A stretch of 64,000 nt of DNA from an uncultured Gammaproteobacteria bacterium (GTDB taxonomy: Bacteria; Pseudomonadota; Gammaproteobacteria; Pseudomonadales; JAHEGP01), in NCBI GenBank assembly GCA_963722805.1, contig CAVROQ010000010.1, positions 38,915 to 102,914 on the forward strand, written 5' to 3'. Made by a program: the position numbers and the translations under genes. How positions within the stretch are numbered: position 1 is the stretch's first letter; every line of letters starts with the position of its first letter. This document shows positions 27,686-36,495 of the stretch, in pieces. The notes below the pieces were generated by a model that was not told where the DNA came from, did not search any database, and worked only from the letters and a program-made list of their open reading frames with translations.

Positions 27686-29901
27686 TAGAATTGATACCTG
27701 ATTTTGCCGTAAATAGCCCTGCCGGCCAGCGGGAAGTCACCGGGTACCAGAGATCCTCCGGGGATAGCCGCCTCACCCGGGCTCGGCTCGTAAGCCTCGA
27801 CATCGAATACGTTGTTCACTATCAGCGAAATATCCATATGATTGATGATATTGGTACGGCGCAGCACCAGCGACGTGAGCGTGTAATCACCTATCGGATC
27901 GCGCGGGTCTCCAGCTTCACGCTTGCGATCGGCGACCCATTTTGCCTGGCCATTCAGCTCCCAGTCATATGCGAAATTCCACCGCAGATCGGCGAACAGC
28001 TGGTGTTGTGGCGCGTTAGGAACATCTTTATCAGAATCATCGAAATAGGATTTCTGCCAGGCGTAATGTGTCTTCAGGGAAAGGCTTGATGTCATACGCC
28101 ATTCAGCTTCGATTTCGAAGCCGTAACCCGTCTGTCCGCCCGTATTTTTTGCCCGCCGGGCACCCGATTCCACAAGGTCCCCATTGCCATCTAGTTCTTC
28201 CGCTTCAACCGGTACAAACTGAATCAGGTCATCAATCTCGTAATAATAAACATTGAGTCCGGTGCTCAAGTCGAAGGTAGGACGGTAGTCGAAAGCCACC
28301 TCCAGGGTATTGATCGTTTCCGGATCAAGGTCGGGATTCCCAAGGCCTACGGGATTGTTTTCAACAAACAGCTCGGCAAACGATGGCGCCCTGAAGGCCC
28401 GCCCATAGAGAAATTTGGTGGTGAGATCCTGGCGGGTATTCCAAACCAGCGCGACCCGGGGGTTAACCGTTGAGCCAAAATCCGAGTAGTGATCATAACG
28501 AACGCCGAGGGTAAGGTTCCAATCTGAGGCCAGGGCCCATTCGTCCTGCAGCGAAGCGTAATAAACCGTGCGACTCTCGTCGGGGATAAAGTTGTATTCC
28601 GTCCCGGTCACAGAGGTCAATGCCCCATCAATAACCTGATAAACCTCCACCGGATTTAATGCCAGACCACCATAATTCTTGGTCTCTTCGCCATGCAGCC
28701 TGGCGTAGATCAGGCCGCCAGCGAGACGAATAGTGTGACGATCAAAACCCGTGTAAAAGGCTGAGGTATCCAGGCGCTGGTGCTCTTCATACACTTCAGG
28801 ATTACCCAGCATACCGTCAGTAAAAAGCCCAAAGCCGGCGATAGAGTCCGGAATAAAAGCGCCATCCTCGTCAAATTGAATCGCTGCGATGTTACCGTCT
28901 GCACCCAATGGCAGTAGCGCACCCGCCGGGAATAAATCCTGCTCGGACTTGGTGTTGATATCCATATAACTCAGCTTGGCTTCATACTCCCAATACTTGA
29001 CGCTATCCCGGTTGACGTAAGCCAGGTCGACAAGATAATTATTCGCCTCAGATGTACCCCCCGGGTCTAATGCCAACGCCAGGCCGGGTCCCACACCCGC
29101 CTGCTGTCGCCAATTCCAGGCTGAGAATTTCCAGTGCTGCCAGCTGATCGCAGCCCGAATATCCGCTCGTTTTTCATCCGTCGCCGCTTGAGACGGCGCC
29201 AGAGAGGCTGTCGTCTGCAGAAAATTGTCAATCGTGGTCTGTGCATCTGCATCGATTATGCGGCCACTATCCCCATCGGTTTTGAGAAAATTCGCTGAAA
29301 ACATCAGCTCGACCTCTCCCAGCTGGCTGCCGTTGAGCAGCCACAGCTCCTGGGTATTAAATGAGCCGGCCCGCACACCGAGTTGAGTACCATCAATCTG
29401 CTTGCTGGTTTTAGTAATGACATTGATGACACCGGCAAAAGCGTCGGCACCGTATATGGCTGAACCCGGGCCCCGAATCACCTCAACCCTTGCAATATTA
29501 CTGACAGGAAGTGTGTTTTTCGCGCCACGATCGCCAAAATAGAGTTGGGTAATAGGCGTTCCATCCACCAGCATCAGCACCTGGGGATTTTTGTCCGTAT
29601 GAATACCTCGCATCGAATAAATCGGCGAGAAGCGGTAGGAGGAAAGCGCGACATGCAATCCCGGCACGGTTTCCAACACCTGGTCCAGGTTTGCTGCACC
29701 CATTGCCTCGATTTCACTGGCAGTAATCACCGTAGCAACGGCCGGCGCCTCGGATATGGCCAATTGCTGGCCGGTGGCGATACTGACGAAATCCTCATCA
29801 CCGAAGGACAGCAACAGGTCTTCGTCAGCGGCGTGGCTGGCGGCGGCAAGCGGCACCAGCAATGCTAACCAATGGCGATGATAACGAACTAAATTAGTCA
29901 T
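27685..29901 (-). CDS. TonB-dependent outer-membrane receptor
   Basis: The ATG at 29901 gives signal peptide MTNLVRYHRHWLALLVPLAAASHA (the track ORF extends to 29943). The plug domain is present (ISEAPAVATVITASEIEAMGAANLDQVLETVPGLHV...VEVIRGPGSAIYGADAFAGVINVITK). A long beta-barrel follows and ends in the terminal aromatic motif GKIRYQF. Confidence 0.92.
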   Translation of the reverse strand: MTNLVRYHRHWLALLVPLAAASHAADEDLLLSFGDEDFVSIATGQQLAISEAPAVATVITASEIEAMGAANLDQVLETVPGLHVALSSYRFSPIYSMRGIHTDKNPQVLMLVDGTPITQLYFGDRGAKNTLPVSNIARVEVIRGPGSAIYGADAFAGVINVITKTSKQIDGTQLGVRAGSFNTQELWLLNGSQLGEVELMFSANFLKTDGDSGRIIDADAQTTIDNFLQTTASLAPSQAATDEKRADIRAAISWQHWKFSAWNWRQQAGVGPGLALALDPGGTSEANNYLVDLAYVNRDSVKYWEYEAKLSYMDINTKSEQDLFPAGALLPLGADGNIAAIQFDEDGAFIPDSIAGFGLFTDGMLGNPEVYEEHQRLDTSAFYTGFDRHTIRLAGGLIYARLHGEETKNYGGLALNPVEVYQVIDGALTSVTGTEYNFIPDESRTVYYASLQDEWALASDWNLTLGVRYDHYSDFGSTVNPRVALVWNTRQDLTTKFLYGRAFRAPSFAELFVENNPVGLGNPDLDPETINTLEVAFDYRPTFDLSTGLNVYYYEIDDLIQFVPVEAEELDGNGDLVESGARRAKNTGGQTGYGFEIEAEWRMTSSLSLKTHYAWQKSYFDDSDKDVPNAPQHQLFADLRWNFAYDWELNGQAKWVADRKREAGDPRDPIGDYTLTSLVLRRTNIINHMDISLIVNNVFDVEAYEPSPGEAAIPGGSLVPGDFPLAGRAIYGKIRYQF

Positions 29902-30212
29902 AAAACGCGGCCTGAAGACAGATGAACTTTTGAAATGCGGCACGCTCCCGGTGCTCTGCTTCTGCCCGGTGTTGGTTTATTAATTATTGGCAGCAACTGC
30001 TTTGAACGACTAGCTGGCATCTCTCTCAACGCTTATGCAAGGCTTTATTTGACGATAACTCCAGACTTTACTAAAGACTTGAAAGCTTAAGAGAAAGCCT
30101 AGGTTAGGCCAGGGAATCATGCCACCATATATCGCTTTAATTCTAATTGTCAGGTCGGTAACAATTGGGGGCGTTTCAGCCGCTGGAAGACGCACCCTGA
30201 CTGATATTCAAA

Positions 30213-32195
30213 TCATGCCCCAAGTACCTGGGCCCTGAGGTCCATGGGCGGCACCTCATCTGGATCGACGCAGATATCGAGCAGGGTCGGGCCATGTTCG
30301 TGATAAATATCTTCAATGCTTAAATCCAGTAAATCCTGGGGACAGCGAATCCTGAAACTGCGTATGCCCATAGCCTTTGCGATCGCGCTAAAATCAACAT
30401 CCGGCAAGTCATAGCCAATCGGTTCTGCGCCCGTGAGTTTTTGGCCGTGCTTTACCATGCCCAAGGCTCCGTCATTCAAAACGATAAACACAACCGGCAC
30501 CCTATGCTGCTGAGCCACAGACATCTCCTGACCACTCATCAGCATGCTGCCGTCACCGGTAATGCATACCGTAATCTGCCTGGGAGCAGCCAATGCAGCG
30601 CCTACCGAAGCGCCTATAGCCCATCCCATCGAAGAAAACTCGAGGGCCGCCTGGAATAGCCCGCCTACACTGCTACGCCGGCCTGACTCTGCGTCCTTGC
30701 GCGCTATACCCCGGGCCTCATGACGACGCTCCAGAATACGCCTGTCAAAAGGGTTAAGATAATGGATGGCCCAAACTACGCTATTGCCCGCATCCGCGAG
30801 ATAGCGAGTGCTGGGCGGAAACAAACGTGTCAGGTATGCCATCAACCACTGCGGTTTTACCAGTGCCTGCTCCCAGCCGGGAGTGCCGTCCATATCGAGG
30901 GGCTCGTTAGCACCCCTACTTTTACTTTCACCCAGTTGCGAGCGCAAATGCTTGACCTTAGCGTCTTCAGAAAACTCAGAGCCGCACGCATCTTTTTCAT
31001 CAAAGGACGCCAAAATACTCTCAAAAATTGAGACCAGCCTGCCGCGTACATGGAGTCTCGCCATGGGTGAGCGGGTAAAATTGCTGGCAAGCGGTTCGAC
31101 ATGGATCAGGCGACGATTGAGCAAGGCATGGAGATCCCAACCATTACTGGAAAACTCGCCGAGACAAGTTCCTACCGCGACCACCGTGTCGACATCCACA
31201 TCCAGCAGCGCCTTACGGGCGCTTTCATGACCACCAAAGCCGATCACCCCGCAGTAAAGGGGATGATATGAACTGATCAGCCCCTTGCCGTCCGGGGTTG
31301 TTACAATCCTTGCATTCAGCTTGAACGCCACTCGAAGTATCAGCGCGATGGCCTCGTGGCAGCCCTCACCGAGCACGAACACCGTTCCGGAAGAATCCTC
31401 CAATTGGGCGCAAAACTCCTGCACCGCAGTCTCATCTTGCATGTGCGGGGCACGCAGCAGGGCCCGGGCATCGTACCTGGGTTTGTCAATCGACAAGGGG
31501 CTACGAAGAATATCCAGGGGAACACTGAGGTGAACCGGGCAGCTGCTACTAATAGCCGTCATAATCGCAGTAATCAGTTTTTGCTCGAATTGCTCTACAT
31601 GGCTCACCATGGTGTTGTAACCCGTGCAGAACTGGAACATACCAACGGTATTAACGCCAGTGTCCGATGACTCTTGCAGAGCTTTACGACCAAAATTATT
31701 AAGCGCAGTCTGCGCCGTAATTACCAGCAACGGGACGTTATTTTCGTAGGCAGACGCGACACCGGTAATAAGGTTAGTTGTGCCCGGGCCAGTGGTGGCG
31801 CAGCAGACACCCAGTTTGCCGCTATTGCGGTTATAACCGTGGGCCATAAAAGCAGCACCGGTCTCATGCCTGGCAACAATAGCCCGGGGGCCGCCACAAC
31901 GCTCGCTTCTTGCCAGGGCATTATAAAGCGGCTCTATGGCACCGCCCGGCACACCAAAAATATAATCCACATCGATCGAAGACAAATAAGCCACTAGCAG
32001 GTCACTGGTATTAAAGGGCCTTGGTTCACGCGCCACTTCAGCGCCATGAAAAACCTTTTCGGCGGGCAATTGCGACACCCGAGCTTGCTGCAGTGACAAT
32101 TGCGCCTGGTCTTTAACAAATTGCCCCATAAACCCTGACTCCTCGAAAGCTCTGTCGGACCACTGAGTGAATCTATCAGTATTCTTTTTCTTCAA
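30213..32195 (-). CDS. Thiamine-diphosphate-dependent enzyme (acetolactate synthase large subunit-like) with N-terminal extension and internal insertions
   Basis: The Pyr domain reads YIFGVPGGAIEPLYNAL...ARHETGAAFMAHGY...CCATTGPGTTNLITGVASAYENNVPLLVITAQ. The ThDP-binding motif is GDGSMLMSGQEMSVAQQHRVPVVFIVLNDGALGMV. The canonical fold begins at about residue 62 of the 660-aa ORF, so the start codon is uncertain. Confidence 0.85.
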   Translation of the reverse strand: MKKKNTDRFTQWSDRAFEESGFMGQFVKDQAQLSLQQARVSQLPAEKVFHGAEVAREPRPFNTSDLLVAYLSSIDVDYIFGVPGGAIEPLYNALARSERCGGPRAIVARHETGAAFMAHGYNRNSGKLGVCCATTGPGTTNLITGVASAYENNVPLLVITAQTALNNFGRKALQESSDTGVNTVGMFQFCTGYNTMVSHVEQFEQKLITAIMTAISSSCPVHLSVPLDILRSPLSIDKPRYDARALLRAPHMQDETAVQEFCAQLEDSSGTVFVLGEGCHEAIALILRVAFKLNARIVTTPDGKGLISSYHPLYCGVIGFGGHESARKALLDVDVDTVVAVGTCLGEFSSNGWDLHALLNRRLIHVEPLASNFTRSPMARLHVRGRLVSIFESILASFDEKDACGSEFSEDAKVKHLRSQLGESKSRGANEPLDMDGTPGWEQALVKPQWLMAYLTRLFPPSTRYLADAGNSVVWAIHYLNPFDRRILERRHEARGIARKDAESGRRSSVGGLFQAALEFSSMGWAIGASVGAALAAPRQITVCITGDGSMLMSGQEMSVAQQHRVPVVFIVLNDGALGMVKHGQKLTGAEPIGYDLPDVDFSAIAKAMGIRSFRIRCPQDLLDLSIEDIYHEHGPTLLDICVDPDEVPPMDLRAQVLGA

Positions 32196-33044
32196 ACGGG
32201 CACTTGCTATCCAGCCTGCCCGCTTGCGATATTGCCCCTACAGAAACGCCAAAATCTTTATTAGTTATGCCTAATGCAAAAACAAACACTCACCCCTCTC
32301 TGCCGAGTGGGCGAACCTTGATCATCCATGACTGAGTTACCTTACAATTCCTGCGAGCCTTCCCGACCCCTGAGTCCAATCTTATTATTTTGGCTTATTC
32401 AGACCCTGTCTTCCCAATTCTCAAGCTCGCAATAGTTACCAACTTCAGTACCCACGCTAGGCCAGCGCGCCCGTTTTCAAATAAGGAGATCACTGCCACA
32501 AGCACCGCCCTGCCTTGCCCACAGAACTCGCTGCATTCGCTTGTTTACTATAGCTACCAACGCGCAACCCGGATAGCTAGAGACGTCCGTACTAAAACGC
32601 TTCTCCTTTCTTTATAACTCATTGGCCCGTACACAAACAACCACCAAACAAGCGTTTTCTGCGAAGTAGACCAAATTTTTTTTTATGCAAGCTAATGCTA
32701 AAACTATTTGCAGCGCCTACCCATTATTCAGTGCGGCGATGCCCGAAGCCAGCGGTCGTTGCTCGATGCTTAAAACCACAACGGCCGACCAACCGGGATA
32801 TGCGCAACCGTTCAAGCAGCTATGTATCAAGGGTATTAGAATTTAGCAGCCCTGAAATCGGGGATGACTACCAGCTCTTGCAGAGCAGACAAGCCAAACC
32901 GCCATAACACACAACGGCACACAGCTTATCAGCACGGTTTGATTCTGGTAGCAGCGGTAAAAAACATCGCCACCAGACATTTTTTGTTGCAGATCCGACG
33001 GGCGATGCACCAAAACTCAAGTCGTCATCAACCGCCGATGACCC

Positions 33045-33773
33045 TCAAGACTTTGTTGCCTGGCCGACTAGTTCATCAACCAACAGCGGCAACAATGCGC
33101 CCGCCGCACCACAACGGTGCTCAACAAAATCGTTTGGCTGCGGCGAAGGCTCAGGATTAAGTTCAATGGTGTGGGCCCCGGCGCGTCTGGCGATCTCGAC
33201 AAACCCGGCAGCAGGATACACATTGCCAGATGTACCGACCGCAATAAATACGTCGCTCTGTTGAAGCGCCGCCATTATGCGCTGCATAAAATGCGGCATT
33301 TCCCCAAACCAAACAACGTCCGGCCGCAATCGCCCCACCGTGTCGCATTGGCCGCAGGTATCTGAGACAAAAAAGTCATCGTGCTGCTTCACTACATCCC
33401 CGCAGTGATCGCAACGCATGCGCAGCAGCTCACCATGCATATGCAGGACCCGCCGGCTTCCCGCCTTTTCATGCAGGTTGTCGACATTCTGGGTTACCAG
33501 CGTCAACGCATCTCCCACTTCTGACTCGAGTCTTGCCAGCGCCAAATGAGCTGGATTAGGCTGAATTTCCGCCGCCAATAGCTGCCGCCGACGCTCATTA
33601 TAAAACTCCAACACTAACTCCGGATTAGTGTTGAAGGCTTCGGGCGTGGCGAGCTGCTCGGCTCGAAAATTACGCCATAAGCCACCCTCTCCACGAAAAG
33701 TCTGCAAGCCGGATTCCGCCGAAATCCCGGCTCCAGTTAGCACCACAATAGATTTGAACATACCAGGGAACAC
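33045..33773 (-). CDS. cobB: NAD-dependent protein deacylase (Sir2 family, CobB)
   Basis: The sequence shows VVLTGAGISAESGLQTFRG, QNVDNLHEKAG, HGEL, Zn-ribbon cysteines CDHCG...CGQC, and VGTSGNVYPAAGF. The start may be the second ATG at 33761. Confidence 0.92.
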   Translation of the reverse strand: MFPGMFKSIVVLTGAGISAESGLQTFRGEGGLWRNFRAEQLATPEAFNTNPELVLEFYNERRRQLLAAEIQPNPAHLALARLESEVGDALTLVTQNVDNLHEKAGSRRVLHMHGELLRMRCDHCGDVVKQHDDFFVSDTCGQCDTVGRLRPDVVWFGEMPHFMQRIMAALQQSDVFIAVGTSGNVYPAAGFVEIARRAGAHTIELNPEPSPQPNDFVEHRCGAAGALLPLLVDELVGQATKS

Positions 33774-33887
33774 CTATTCGAATCAGTATGACTTCCAGCA
33801 ATTTCCGATGCCAGCTTGGCCTTATTGCCCTTGCACCGGTGCCAGCTTACTATAGAGGCCGGTGCCAAACTATCGAGGAATCAGAGC

Positions 33888-34367
33888 ATGGCAGTTGGCG
33901 TACTTTTTGTCTGTCTTGGCAATATTTGTCGCTCACCAGTCGCCCAGGGAATGCTCGAAAAAAAGGCGCTGGGGCAAGGACTGGAAAATGCGCTGACGAT
34001 AGACTCATGTGGCACCGCAGACTTCAATATTGGCAAACCCCCCGACCCCAGGGCAGTAGCTGCTGCAAGCCGAGCCGGCTATAACATTGGAAACCAATTT
34101 GCACGTCAGCTAAAGCCCGCAGATTATCAAGTGTTTCGCTATATTGTCGCCATGGACCGGGTCATCCTGGTTAATTTGCAAAGCTGGGCACCTCCGGAAT
34201 TTGCCGGTGAATTGGCGCTACTCATGTCGTATTACCCCAACGCCATGTCGCAGCTGGTCGCAGACCCCTATTACGAGACCGAAGAAAAATTTGATAGTAT
34301 GATTGAGACTATGGAGCCCGCACTGGATGCCTTACTTGCCCACATCAAACACAATCACAGTATCTGA
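33888..34367 (+). CDS. Low-molecular-weight protein-tyrosine phosphatase
   Basis: The ATG at 33888 gives MAVGVLFVCLGNICRSPVAQGM with the CX5R(S) P-loop. The DPYY motif lies near the C-terminus. The track ORF starts earlier, at 33816. Confidence 0.9.
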   Translation: MAVGVLFVCLGNICRSPVAQGMLEKKALGQGLENALTIDSCGTADFNIGKPPDPRAVAAASRAGYNIGNQFARQLKPADYQVFRYIVAMDRVILVNLQSWAPPEFAGELALLMSYYPNAMSQLVADPYYETEEKFDSMIETMEPALDALLAHIKHNHSI

Positions 34368-34566
34368 GCTACGATGAAGCCTCCTAACGAGCATTGGTTT
34401 ATCCAAGCTCGAATACCTGGCTGCATGTCGTTGGGGCGCAATAGCGTCAGCTTGTGGCAAGACCATGCTCCGCAACATCGGCCATGGTGCCCAGGCCGGC
34501 CAGAAAAAAGCACCCGCTGTCTCGCCTGAACAGGGACGATGCCAGTCGAGCAAAATGCAGTAAATT

Positions 34567-34671
34567 ATGGCTAGCATTCGCCTCGACAAGTACATTTCCG
34601 ATATAACCGAACTCTCCCGCAAACAAGTCCGGCAAGCGATCCGGGGACGGCGGATATCGGGTGGACGGTGA
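34567..34671 (+). CDS. rsuA: S4 RNA-binding N-terminal segment of RsuA, separated from the catalytic body by a 1-nt frameshift
   Basis: The ATG at 34567 gives MASIRLDKYISDITELSRKQVRQAIRGRRIS and then runs into a TGA at 34669. Skipping one G of the GGG run at 34659-34661 gives ...RRISVDGEVVT, continuous with the downstream ORF and collinear with E. coli RsuA (MRLDKFI...GNRVTVDGEIV). Confidence 0.7.
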   Translation: MASIRLDKYISDITELSRKQVRQAIRGRRISGGR

Positions 34672-35266
34672 GGTCGTCACCATGCACCAGCTTCAAGTGG
34701 ACTGCGACAGCGTAGTCAAGCTCGATGGAACAGCTTTGCGACCGCCAGGTTTACGCTATTTTATGTTGTACAAGCCGTCAGGCGTTATTTGTGCCAACCG
34801 TGATTCTCACCATACAACGGCCATTGATCTGCTGCAGGCAGAACAATGCGACAACTTGCAAATAGCCGGCAGGCTCGATATCGATACTACCGGCCTGGTA
34901 TTGCTGACCGACGATGGGCAATGGAATCATCGACTCACCAGCCCCCGCTATAGTTGCGTCAAGGAGTACCTTGTTGCCACTGCCGAAACCATTTCAAGCG
35001 ACGCGATAGATCGCTTCAGCAAAGGTGTACTGCTGCAACCGGAAAACAGGCTTACACGTCCCGCTCGACTGGAACTTCTCGACCCCAGCCACGCCAGACT
35101 TTTTCTGAGTGAAGGCCGCTATCACCAGGTGAAACGCATGTTCGCAGCGCTAGGCAATGCCGTTATCAGCTTGCACCGCAGCGCAGTGGGCGATATTCGC
35201 CTTGATGACAAATTGCAGCCAGGTGAATATCGACCACTCGAAGCCTCCGAAATAGCTGCCATTTAG
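34661..35266 (+). CDS. rsuA: 16S rRNA pseudouridine(516) synthase RsuA, catalytic body
   Basis: YFMLYKPSGVICANRD, the catalytic Asp motif AGRLDIDTTGLVLLTDDGQWNHRLTSP, and EGRYHQVKRMFAALGN are collinear with E. coli RsuA. Confidence 0.9.
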   Translation: MDGEVVTMHQLQVDCDSVVKLDGTALRPPGLRYFMLYKPSGVICANRDSHHTTAIDLLQAEQCDNLQIAGRLDIDTTGLVLLTDDGQWNHRLTSPRYSCVKEYLVATAETISSDAIDRFSKGVLLQPENRLTRPARLELLDPSHARLFLSEGRYHQVKRMFAALGNAVISLHRSAVGDIRLDDKLQPGEYRPLEASEIAAI

Positions 35267-35268
35267 CG

Positions 35269-36339
35269 ATGACTGCCGATCCCGCCCTAACTCTTCTAAT
35301 AAACAGCTTGCATTATCACCTGCAACAATCGCATCAACACCAGAGTTCGTTACTAGTGATTGCCGATGAGCATTTGGCTGCCCTGGCCAACCCACCTGTT
35401 GACACGAGATTACTCTACCTGAGCAATCGCTATGACGTTGCGGGGAACCTGGCGAAACATGGCGCGCAGGCCAACTTGAGCGATTTCGAGTTCAACGCTT
35501 ATCCACCCGCTGCCTTTGCCGCAATTGTCTACCGCATTTCCAAGGAAAAAGCGGTTGTACACCACATTGTCAATGCCGCTGGGCGCCTGCTAGATAAGAA
35601 CGGCCAACTCATATTGATTGGCCACAAGCAGGAAGGCCTCAATAGTTACAGCCGACAAGCAAAGCAATATTTAGGTGGCACTATGAGCCAGATGCGCGAT
35701 ACCAAAGGCTATCGCGCTATTACCATAGGGCGAGGAGCTGAGCTTGGCACACCCTTGGACGACAGTGATTATTCCCAAATTCGCGCCACCCTGGAAACCG
35801 AGCAAGGCGGGACTCTTTTCAGCAAGCCCGGCGTGTATGGCTGGAGGAAAATAGACCGCGGCAGCCGCCTGCTGGTAGAGGCGATTCGCGATTTTCTTGC
35901 CGGTGATTCTTTGCGGCAGCTCAACAGGGTACTCGATCTAGGCTGCGGCTATGGCTACCTTAGCGTCACGCTGGCGGGCCTGGGGGCCAGCCATGTTGTG
36001 GCCACCGACAACAACATTGCGGCGGTTACAGTCTGCCGACGGAACTTTTATGCCCACAACATCGCGGGCCAAGTAATAGCCGATGATTGCGCAGCTCACA
36101 TCGAACAGCTGTTTGACACGGTGGTCTGTAATCCCCCATTTCACCAGGGCTTTAATACCAGCCGATCAATCACCCTCAAATTCCTGCAGCAGGCAAGGCG
36201 CCGGCTTTTGCCGTCGGGACGGGCTTTTTTTGTGGTCAACCAGTTTGTCGGGATAGAAGCGGGAGCCGCCGAGGTGTTTTCATCGGTTGTTGAAATCTAT
36301 CGCGGCGAGGGATTCAAGGTATTGCTAATGCAGGCCTGA
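35269..36339 (+). CDS. rsmC: 16S rRNA (guanine-N2)-methyltransferase RsmC-like
   Basis: 356 aa with two methyltransferase-like halves. SAM motif VLDLGCGYGYLSV and catalytic NPPFHQG are present. The gene starts 2 nt after rsuA. RsmC versus RlmG cannot be settled by eye. Confidence 0.7.
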   Translation: MTADPALTLLINSLHYHLQQSHQHQSSLLVIADEHLAALANPPVDTRLLYLSNRYDVAGNLAKHGAQANLSDFEFNAYPPAAFAAIVYRISKEKAVVHHIVNAAGRLLDKNGQLILIGHKQEGLNSYSRQAKQYLGGTMSQMRDTKGYRAITIGRGAELGTPLDDSDYSQIRATLETEQGGTLFSKPGVYGWRKIDRGSRLLVEAIRDFLAGDSLRQLNRVLDLGCGYGYLSVTLAGLGASHVVATDNNIAAVTVCRRNFYAHNIAGQVIADDCAAHIEQLFDTVVCNPPFHQGFNTSRSITLKFLQQARRRLLPSGRAFFVVNQFVGIEAGAAEVFSSVVEIYRGEGFKVLLMQA

Positions 36340-36495
36340 ATGCCGCTTGCGACTCAAGCTCCGTACCCGCTTGCCAGGACCGAAAGCCTCGCACCGAAAT
36401 ATCCTCTCGCAGATCAGGGCAAATATCACTACAATGCTGCCCCTTAAATTCTTTCCCTTAAATTACCGCACACTCAAATTGGTCACTGAAGCTTT

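Noticed and set aside
29944-30212. A Fur box or other iron-regulatory site upstream of the TonB-dependent receptor (AT-rich TTTATTAATTATT at 29977-29988), plus the 61-aa ORF at 30010..30195.
   Set aside because: The AT-rich tract does not match the GATAATGATAATCATTATC consensus beyond AT-richness. The small ORF has no SD or similarity. Iron regulation therefore cannot be claimed from the sequence.
32196-33044. A TPP or cobalamin riboswitch in the long leader of the ThDP enzyme gene.
   Set aside because: By eye I could not find the TPP CUGAGA / ACCUGAUCUGGAUAAUGCCAGCG elements or a B12 box on the minus strand. A covariance-model scan is still needed, so the region is reported only as unexplained.
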